Positions 54,200 to 64,000 of a stretch of DNA of 64,000 nucleotides are shown here, one piece after another; position 1 is the first letter of the stretch, and every line of letters begins with the position of its first letter. The stretch is from Octopus sinensis. Taxonomy: Eukaryota. The translations under genes were made by a program, and so were the position numbers. The notes below the pieces were generated by a model. That model did not search any database. It had not been told where the DNA came from and worked only from the letters and a program-made list of their open reading frames with translations. The stretch is from NCBI RefSeq assembly GCF_006345805.1, contig NC_042999.1, positions 113,708,001 to 113,772,000 of the forward strand, in the 5' to 3' direction.

Positions 54200-54530
54200 A
54201 AGACCCCCTTCGGTCATGAATGACCATGGGATTGCACCTAGAAAGTTACCCTCCTAGACACAAGTCCGGGCAAGGTTGTTTATGGAAGACCAGCAGTCGC
54301 CCATGCATACCAGCCTCCCCTCTCCACGCCATCAGTGTTATCCAAGGGAAAGACAAAGGTCGATACAGCTTGGCACCAGTGACGTCGCAACTCATTTCTA
54401 CAGTTGAGTGAACTGGAGCAACGTGAAATAAAGTGCCTTGCTCAAGAACACAACACGCAGCCCGGTCCGGGATTCGAGTTCACAACCTCACGATCATAAG
54501 CTCGACGCTCTAACCACTGAGCCATGCGCC
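54199..54530 (-). mobile_element. tRNA-derived SINE, family C (young-looking, CpG-rich)
   Basis: Minus head GGCGCATGGCTCAGTGGTTAGAGCGTCGAG..GAACTCGAATCCCGG; many CpGs retained; inserted in a (TA)n tract. Confidence 0.9.
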
Positions 54531-54606
54531 TTCATACATATGTATGCATGTATGTATGGATGTGTGTGTATATATATATATAATATATATATATATATAT
54601 ACATAC

Positions 54607-54637
<31 letters not shown>

Positions 54638-54639
54638 GG

Positions 54640-54681
<42 letters not shown>

Positions 54682-54689
54682 ATATATAT

Positions 54690-54903
54690 ATCATCATCAT
54701 CATCATTTAACGTCGTTCTCCATGCTAGCATGGGTTGGACGGTTCGACCGGGGATCTGGGAAGCCAGAAGGCTGCACCAGGCTCCGGTCTTATCTGGCAA
54801 TGTTTCTACAGCTGGATTGCCAGATAAGACCGGAGCCTGGTGCAGCCTTCTGGCTTCCCAGATCCCCGGTCGAACTGTCCAACCCATGCTAGCATGGAGA
54901 ACG
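54690..54903. repeat. RTE-tail fragment with an inverted duplication of itself (88-bp arms, 14-nt loop)
   Basis: 54714-54801 is the reverse complement of 54816-54903 with one mismatch (54741/54876). Confidence 0.95.
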
Positions 54904-55422
54904 GGGCTGTATAAATACATATATAGATATATAAATACATACTATCTTTACTCTTTTACTTGCTTCAGTCATTTGACTGGCCATGCTGGAGCACTGCCTT
55001 TAGTTGAGCAAATCAACCCAAGGACTTATTCTTAGCAAGCTATCCTCAGCTGCATAAATAAATAAAATAAATAGAATTTATTCACTCAGTCGAACACATT
55101 TGTATAATTTTACCTACATCCTCTAAGAGGGTAAGAAGACAGACAAAGTCCATGCTGTATTTGCTTCAGCTTAGAAGTTACTGACACTTTAGGAAAAACC
55201 TGTTAGAGTTCTAGCTTGTCACTGATTTTTGGGTTGGTTTTAATTTATAGTCTTGTTTATCAAATCTTTGTATATCAAAATCTAAGACCAAAGAGTATTG
55301 TCTGATTAGGAAAGGGCCTGAGGGAGTTGACAGAATCATAGTGGGTATAGTCATAAAACTTGAAGTAGTAATAAAGTAACTGTCTATAACAAGGTTTGGT
55401 AAAGGAAGAACTTAAATCAAAT

Positions 55423-55463
<41 letters not shown>

Positions 55464-56044
55464 TTCAGATGAACATGGTACTTAAGTTGAGGCACCAGAA
55501 CTTAGTATGGTATCACCCATACAATTCTAAAGAAAGGTGATTAAAATCAAAATAAGCAACAAGGATATCCAGACGTAATGCGGTACGATCATTTCATGCA
55601 ACTCCATTTAATTGAAGAATGCAATCATTACATCAATTTAAAATGCAGAGCAATCTTCAGCTGCAAAAAGACATAGTGTTTAATTAAATTAGAACAGATG
55701 GACACATTAGTATAATTATACCTAAAATCTCCAAGAAGTTAAGGAGATAGACAAAGAACATGCTGCCTCACTCCAGTTTAGAAGTTACTGAATTTTCAAG
55801 ATATACATTGTTACAGTCTCTGCCTGTCACTGATTTTTTTGTTTTTAAGGGGTCAGTTTTAATTTACAGACTAGTTTATCAAACCCTTGTATATCTAAGG
55901 CTGAGAGAACAGAGGGCAGTTACTGTTAGGGGTGGGCCTCAGGGAACAGACAGACATCATAGATGGTATAGTCATAAAAATCAAGATTTATCAGAAGCAA
56001 TATCATAAAGTTTGGTAAAAGGACAACTTAAAACAAGATGTTAG

Positions 56045-56744
56045 CTGATAATTAAGGGGGTCGCCTTAATTTTGGGCATTCTATTTTCCTTGCCAGAAAG
56101 GCTCCAAATCCGTGGGCCAAGGAGGGGTTATATGATGGGGGTGTTGGTTTCGAAAAGGTGGGCATGTGCAATCTGATCACCTCTTCCGGCCAAACTCCCA
56201 ACCCATGTGTTCCCGTCGTGACACTGATTCTGCAGGACTGTGCTGGGTGTCAAAACTAACTTTAAAGTATAAATATAGATATTTTGAATCAACAATGTTG
56301 TGTTTAGTTAAGTCCTCTTTGGGGCGAAAAATCAATAACCTGATTCCTTATGAGGATTTCCCTTCTATCAGGATTAAAAATCGATAAACTGATTCCTTAT
56401 AGGATTTCCCACAATCATAACTTTTACATTCAACCTTTAATTTTTACCAATTTTCACACATTTTGTTCAAACTTGACGCCGGCATTACTCATGGGAACGT
56501 TGAATGCTTTTAGTTCTCCAAAGGAAAAAAAAAAAAAATCGATGAGTGGAAAAATCAATAAACCAATTCCATCTGGGATTTCCCCATCAACTTGTCTGCA
56601 ACCCATTTTCAGCCATACATTTACCAATTTAAACAGATTTTACTCAAACTTCATGTCAGTGTTACTTAGTTGGGTTTGAAACAAGCGCTTGATTGGCATA
56701 ATAATCCCAACTCAATCCCAGGCAACGCCGGGTGATACTGCTAG
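56045..56744 (+). mobile_element. Non-autonomous Helitron-like element (3' end clear, 5' end approximate)
   Basis: Ends CCCAGGCAACGCCGGG TGATACTG CTAG|T at 56741-56745. Internal AAAAATC(A/G)ATAA..GATTCCTTAT..GGATTTCCC subrepeat occurs 2-3 times. Confidence 0.7.
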
Positions 56745-56750
56745 TATATA

Positions 56751-56894
56751 TCATCATTGTTTAACATCCGCTTTCCATACTGGCATGGGTTGGACAGTGC
56801 AACTGGGGTCTGGGAAGCCAGAAGGCTGCACCAGGCCCAGTCTGATCTGGCAATGTTTCTACAGCTGGATGCCCTTCCTAACGCCAACCACTCC
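56751..56894 (-). mobile_element. RTE-type LINE 3' UTR fragment
   Basis: Reverse-complement homologue of 53910-54060. Confidence 0.85.
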
Positions 56895-56907
56895 ATGAGT
56901 GTAGGTC

Positions 56908-56948
<41 letters not shown>

Positions 56949-56959
56949 CATGTATATAT

Positions 56960-57648
56960 GGGGAGAAAGTGAGAGAGGGACCGTTTGTGTATGTCTTTTT
57001 GTAACTGAAAGAAGTGTTAAAGAAAAAGAGAAAGAAAAGAAGGAGAGAAAGAAGACAAAATTTGTTGATATCTTTGCATTTGGTCAGTCTTTCAATAGTA
57101 AGTGATTCTTGGCTTTTAGGAATGGCAACCTCCCTTCAGATACACACACACCCACACACACGTGTGCACATACACACACACACTCTCAGAAGACAATGAT
57201 AAAAACGAAATTCAGACAATTTTTTGAAAAGTGACATTTTGTTCCCCTCGGAGTGACCATCTAGGTTTGTCATTCCTAAAAGCCAAGAATAACTTACTAT
57301 TGAAAGACTGACCAGCAGCAAAGATATCAACAAATTTTTTTCTTCTTTCTCTCCTTCTTCCTTTCCTTCTCTTTTTCTTTAACACACCTTTCAGATCAAA
57401 AAGAAAAAACACATGCACACACATAATCACACACTCTCACAAGACAATGATAAAAAGGAAATCCAGATAATTTTTTGAAATGTGACATTTTGTTCCCCTT
57501 GGAGTGATCAGCTGGGTTTGCCATTCCTAAAAGCCAAGAATCACTTACTATTGAAAGACTGACCAGCTGCAAATATATCAACAAATTTTTTCTTCTTTCA
57601 CTCCTTCTTCCTTTCTTTCTCTTTTTCTTTAACACTTCCTTCAGATAT

Positions 57649-57697
<49 letters not shown>

Positions 57698-57723
57698 ATC
57701 TCTCTCTCTCTCACTTTCTCCCC
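56960..57723. repeat. Complex local repeat: two direct ~215-bp units (period 250) plus an inverted partial copy
   Basis: Direct units at 57181-57394 and 57432-57644; 57005-57130 is the reverse complement of their 3' halves; flank 56960-56978 matches the reverse complement of 57706-57723. Confidence 0.9.
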
Positions 57724-58435
57724 ATTCCTCACCCTCTTGTACTATCTTATATCCCTCCCCACCCTACACACTCAATAATACTATAAAAAGAGACAAAATT
57801 CCTGCACAAGTTCAATTTGAAAACTCTACTAGAGTGAACAAAAGCACTAACATATGATATATGATTTATAAAAACATGTAATATACTAATAAATATCTGA
57901 AAATATAAAAACATCCAGATTTCTGAGTACCTCATTTCTTCTAATATAAAATACCTGTACATCATCTCCAAACCTTTTAATATATAAACATATATACATA
58001 TATATATATATATAAACATATATATATATACATATAAACATATATACATATATATATATGAAAGAAGGTTTGAAAATGCAATTTTAAAGATGTTTATTCA
58101 CTTGACCGGTTTCATTTTTTTTAGTAAAAGATTGTCAAATGTAAAATGTAAAGCTTTGTTGTGTTAAGTACTGGCTGTCACAAAAGTATTAAAATACATA
58201 TATACATTCTTTGATAATAAGAAAATGTTAAAAACATTTTACAAGGAAATATCTGAGAAAATATTAAACAAAAATTATTAGGAGGTCAATAAAAATCATG
58301 TTTGTTTGGAAGTATCATTATACATACACACTAAAAGTATTAGGAGTCCATTAAAAATCATTTTTGTTTGGTAGCATATATATATATATACATACAGAAG
58401 GAGATATATTATTCTTTAAAGTGGAAATGAAGAAA

Positions 58436-58706
58436 GGCACAAGTCCAGGCAAAGTTGTTTATGGAAGGCCAGCAGTCACCCATGCATACCAGCATCCCCT
58501 CTCCACACCACTGATGGTTTCCCAGGGTAAGGTAAAGAACAATACAGCTTGGCACCAGTGATGTCGCAACTCACTTCTACAGCTGAGTTAACTTGAGCAA
58601 CGTGAAATAAAGTGTTTTGCTCAAGAACACAACACGCAACCCGGTTGGGGAATCGAACTCACAATTGACAGCCCTAAGTTTAATGCTCTAACGATTGAGC
58701 CATGCA
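58436..58706 (-). mobile_element. SINE family C, diverged copy
   Basis: Homologous to 54199-54530. Confidence 0.8.
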
Positions 58707-59048
58707 CATACATATATATACATACATACGTACATATACATACGTACGTAAATATATACATGCCTATATATACATATATATATATATATATATACAAATA
58801 TATATACACACACACACATATATATATACAAATATATATATACACACATACATATATATATATACAAATATATATATATATACACACATACATATATATA
58901 CAAATATATATATATATACACACATACATATATATATACAAATATATATATACACATGCATATATATATACAAATATATATATACACATGCATATATATA
59001 TATATATACAAATATATATATAATACACACATACGTATATATATACAA

Positions 59049-59080
<32 letters not shown>

Positions 59081-60790
59081 AAATATATACATATATACAC
59101 ACATACATATATATATATAAACATGCATGTATATATGTATACATACATATATATATATACATATATATATATATATGTATACATACATATATATATTCCG
59201 TCCAACCCATGCTAGCATGGAGAACGGACGTTAAACGACGATGATGACATACATATATATATGTATACATGCATATATATATATATACATATAAATATAC
59301 ATACTATATATACATACGTATACTATATATACATACGTATACTATCATACATACATATATATATATACACATATATATACACATAAATATATATACACAC
59401 ACACATATATATATATACACATAAATATATATACACACATAACTTAGAATAACTTAGAAAGGTTTTTGGCCATTATTGGCCCAGGCCATGTCTAACTTAA
59501 TAGCACCACCTGGCGAAGTCTTTCAGTTCAGGATTTGGGCACCAAGGCCCATTCGAGCAGAGAGTTATTGTTTGCGGAGACATATCCGGGTGTGGGTGGT
59601 TTGTCCGGTACTGTTTGAAGGAATTTGTCCAAAGACTTCTTGAATTTTGTGTGGTCAGTTTCTTTTTTGACGTGTCCTGGTGTAATGTTGAAGAGAGCGG
59701 GTCCAATTGAGGTGAAATAGTTGTGCCGTATTGTCGTTATGTGATGCGATTTAGATTTTTGTTGTGGACGGATGGCACGTGGTCCAAGCCTTGGATGCAT
59801 TTTGAAGGTGATGCCAACATCATTCGGACAGTGCTGATGGAATATTTTCCACATCATACAGATAATGTAGCGTTCACGGCGTCGTTGGAGTGAATACATA
59901 TATAGATATATACACATAAATATATATACATACATATATACACATATACATCACATATATATACACATATACATCACATATATACATACATATACATCAC
60001 ATATATACATACATATACACATATATATATATACATACATATACACATATATATATATATATACATAACATATATGTATATATACATAAATATATATATA
60101 TATACATACATATATGTATATATACATACATATATATATATATACATACATATATGTATATATACATACATATATGTATATATACATATATATATACATA
60201 CACATATATATATATACATACATATATATATACATATATGTATATATACATACATACATACATATACATACACATACATATATATATACATACATATATG
60301 TATATATACATACATACATACATATACATACACATACATATATATATATATACATACATATATGTATATATACATACATAAATACATACATACACATACA
60401 TATATGTATATATACATACATATATGTATATATACATACATACATACACATACATACATACACATACATATATGTATATATACATACATACATACACATA
60501 CATATATATATACATACATATATGTATATATACATACATACATACATACATATATATACATAGACATACATACATACGTATGTACATATACATATACATA
60601 CTTAAATATACATACGTACGTAAATATATACATACCTATATATACATACGTACGTAAATATATACATACCTATATATACATACGTACGTAAATATATACG
60701 TACCTATATATATATACATACATAGAAATATATATATATATACACACATACATATATATACATAAACACCTATATACATATACATGTAAT
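58707..60790. repeat. About 2-kb compound (TA)/(CA)/(TACA) microsatellite field interrupted by retroposon fragments
   Basis: Source of the many Y/I/M/C/V-rich spurious ORFs in the track. Confidence 0.95.
59441..59900 (-). mobile_element. CR1/L2-like LINE 3' end with an intact C-terminal reading frame
   Basis: ORF YSLQRRRERYIICMMWKIF..IGPALFNITPGHVKKE..FKKSLDKFLQTVPDKPPTPGY..NSLLEW has no stop over about 120 codons; short 3' UTR; terminal (TTCTAAGTTA)x2 repeat. Confidence 0.85.
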
Positions 60791-62273
60791 TTGGGTGAAT
60801 ATGTGTGAGGTTTGTAGTGTAGATGAGAGTGTTTTTAGTGGGGATGCGTTTATATCATGGACGAGTGTATATGTACGGCAGGCAACTGTTTTTCTACTAT
60901 GGGCAAGTGTGTGTTTGTAGTGCACATCAAGGGTTTCTTGTACAGATTTGTTGGTCTACTTTTATTCATTTACTGATTTCATTCATTAAGCTACGGCCAT
61001 GTTAGAACATCATCCTCACAGCTTTTAGTGAAATACATTGACACTAGTACGTATTTCAGTCACATCCATCGTGTGAGCATCAACTTATTTCTTTGTGTTT
61101 GCATGTATGTTTGAATTAGGTTCAGTCCTTGTGTGTAGCACTTTGGGCAAAAGTCTTCGAGTACAGCCCAGTACTGACTAAAGTCTTGTGAGTGAATTTC
61201 GTAATGGAAATTAGAGACGCCTGTCCTAAGCCTGCGTGTGTTGTGTAGACATCATAGGTTAGTTATAAATGAGCATCGGTGTCATACAAATGAAGCCCCT
61301 CATTTCTAGTCTTCTGTGGACAAACGTTCAGCCAGGGGGAAATATTATCCTGCTTAGAAACAGATGTGGGTTAATGACAGGAAGGGCATGAGGCCATCGG
61401 AAATTTGCCTCAACAAATTCCACCTGACCCATGCAAGCATGGATATGTGGATGCTAAAAATTGACAATGATGTATATGCATATATGTAGAGGTACTGTAC
61501 GGCTGAATGGTTGAGAATTTCATCTTGAAACCATGAAGTCCTGGTTTCAATTCTATTGCAAATGTCGTTTCTATAGCCTTCTATCAATCCATATGCTGTT
61601 AGTGAAAGTGGGCAAGTGGACACTATAGAAGTCCATTGAGTGGTTTTGTATAGTCTTGTTATACTGTCAAACAAATTTTTTTTTTTTTTACACATCATCT
61701 CCACAAGCAGATGAATGAACAACCGAATCATTGTTGAAACTGACAGACAGCCATTCTTGTCAGCTTCAGCTTGTAAGTGTTTGTACACATCTGTATGTGC
61801 ATACAGGTGCATGCGTGCATGCATGCTTGTGTTTATATTCGCTGCTTCCTGTTTGAATATCACCTTGTGAGATATATATACAATAACTATTAGAAGAACC
61901 CACATAGGATTGTATTTTCTACTTAGTTTTAATTTCATATTATAAAATACATACTACACAGATTCTTCAATTAAATTTATATCATTTTATTACCCAATAC
62001 CACATTCCAAGAACAGGTTGTTTTTGTTCAAGGATAAGCTTATGATTAAAAGAAATGGGTTTAACTCCAGATCAACCCTTCCCAAGCTAACTTATGATCA
62101 AAGGAATTCCAGCCTACACCATCCCAGACTTTTTTTTAATATATTTTTCTCCAAGCCTAATACACCAAGGCAACCCCAGTTCCCCAGGCCGAGTACATAC
62201 AGGGACTTAATTATTGTAGAATAATTTAACTCCGTGTGTGTTTGTGTGTGTGTGTATCTAAATAAATAAATAA

Positions 62274-62333
<60 letters not shown>

Positions 62334-63205
62334 ATCATCATTATTCAATGTCCATCTTCCATGACAAAATGATTCTATATGTTTTCTTTTGGTTTGGAAA
62401 ACACAGGGACTTAATTTTAGGTGCATAGGATTTGACTACTAGTATCAGCAGGTCAAGTGACTGCGTAGAGGCTTGTTTGCTGGCTTGTAGATTAAATAAG
62501 TACATGGTTGTTATTAAGGAGTGGGGGATGTGTTCTGAGTTAGGCATTCTCTTTTTTTTTTTAACCTTTTTTAAATGTTCTACTTTGTGACAGTTGTGGG
62601 TGGATGGGTGAATGGTTGAGTGGGTTTCCTTCTGTTTTCATTTTTTCTTTTTTTTTTTTTTTTTTTTTAGTAGCAAAGTAGCTTGAAACGGAAGAGAGGT
62701 GTCAGGGAGGAGGAGAGAGTGGCAGGCAATGACATAATCACTCAACTATATAGACACATTGGAAGCATAGATTTGAAGGAAAATAGTGACCAACGGACAA
62801 TTTAACATGGATAATCTCAGAGCCTTTTACATATAACACAATAACACATACATGTGAATGTATGTGTGTATACAGACACGCGCATGCATATACATCCAAA
62901 AATATACATACATATACATAAACACACACACACACATATATGTGTGTGTGTGTGCAGGCATACATACGCACACACTTATATACATAAATGTATACACACA
63001 CACACTCCCACAAACATACATATACAACAAAATTTACTAAATGTGTTGCGTAAGAAGGAAAAAACGATAAAGAATGGAAGAAAAAGGGAAAAGAAGAACA
63101 AAAAGGCAAAACTACAAGAACACTATGTTGTGACAACAAACCACCCAAGTTCCTCTCCACTGACTTTCACAGGGAGGCAGGACAAAATCACAATAGTGTA
63201 CTTAC

Positions 63206-63454
63206 CATCAATTCGTATTTGTGCCGAGAAAAAAGTTGGTAGTGCCATTTGTAAAAAGGTAAGCAGTCCACAAATAGTGACTTAAAGGTTGTCATTTTAA
63301 CAGCATCAGCAGAAGTAGCAGCAGTTGTTGTTGTTGTTGTCGTAGTTGTTGATATTGTTGGTGTTGTTGTTATTGTGGTGGTCGTGGTAGTTGTTGTTGT
63401 TGTCGGGGTTGTTATAGCTGTAGATGCATTGTCTTTGCAGAGCAATGCTACCAT
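63206..63454 (-). CDS. FBXL20: Probable first/upstream coding exon of the same gene (Thr-rich N-terminus; alternative in-frame ATGs at 63295 and 63208)
   Basis: Open frame MVALLCKDNAS(T-rich)...MTTFKSLFVDCLPFYKWHYQLFSRHKYELM ends at ATG|gtaagt (consensus donor at 63205) in phase 0, compatible with the 9203 acceptor. Linkage across about 54 kb is inferred, not shown. Confidence 0.55.
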
Positions 63455-63859
63455 AATGCTACGATGTGGTGAAACTCATATATATATATGTATATATAAA
63501 TAAATACAAACACACACACACACACACACACTCTCTCTCTCTCACTCAAATGTAGATATATGTATGTTCAGATTAACTATCCGTTTATATATATATGATA
63601 GAAGAAATATATGTACACATGTATATATATACATATATATGTAATGTGTATGTCTGTGACAGTGTGTGTGTGTGTATGGATGTGAATGTATGAAAAAGTA
63701 TTTATATCATTTTAAAACAAAACTATGTAGGTTGAAAATAAATTAAACACACCCACACACACCCAGACACACAACACAAACAAAATTGCATGCGTGCACA
63801 CACACACACACTCACATACACACACTTTCTCTCTCTTTCTCGCTATCTCTCTCTCTCTA

Positions 63860-63897
<38 letters not shown>

Positions 63898-64000
63898 TCA
63901 CAATCACAATCAAAACAAAAACAAAACGACTTGGAAATTACACACCAGAATGAGAATTCCTTATTGTTTGCAGATAGCGAGCAATAACAACAAACACCAT

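Noticed and set aside
54490-54530. tRNA-like heads (also 7874 and 14496)
   Set aside because: They continue into SINE bodies and lack a complete cloverleaf, so they are not tRNA genes.
55760-56008. 82-aa ORF with an acceptor-like TTTTAATTTACAG on +
   Set aside because: The homologous upstream copy has an early stop, and there is no recognisable domain.
58621-60691. Numerous 150-240-aa ORFs rich in Y/I/M/C/V/H/T
   Set aside because: They are translations of TA/CA microsatellites that lack stop codons by composition.

Overview
AT-rich, microsatellite-dense animal genomic DNA. The SINE, RTE-tail and MITE families resemble those I recall from Octopus (coleoid cephalopod) genomes; this is pattern recognition, not a search. 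Only one host gene is supported: the 5' end of an FBXL2/FBXL20-type F-box/LRR gene on the minus strand. It has a clear 68-nt exon at 9136-9203 (VSQSVSEDDALINRKLPKELLLR, the start of the F-box) and a probable upstream phase-0 coding exon at 63206-63454, so about 54 kb of the window is one intron (or an intron chain). The next F-box exon was not found in 1-9135. The rest is SINEs, decayed RTE and CR1/L2-like LINE pieces, a mariner remnant, piggyBac-like and hAT MITEs, Helitron/Helentron elements and simple repeats. Nearly all ORFs in the track are low-complexity or repeat artefacts. Most interesting observations: a type-I hammerhead-ribozyme-like fold on the pre-mRNA strand (3980-4060), an 88-bp near-perfect fold-back hairpin made from an RTE tail (54714-54903), a covarying 3' stem-loop shared by SINE and LINE tails, a CCAAT-containing higher-order minisatellite (29821-30203), a nested inverted-plus-tandem rearrangement (56960-57723), and several candidate alternative or cassette exons. 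Repeat boundaries are approximate unless TSDs or termini are quoted.
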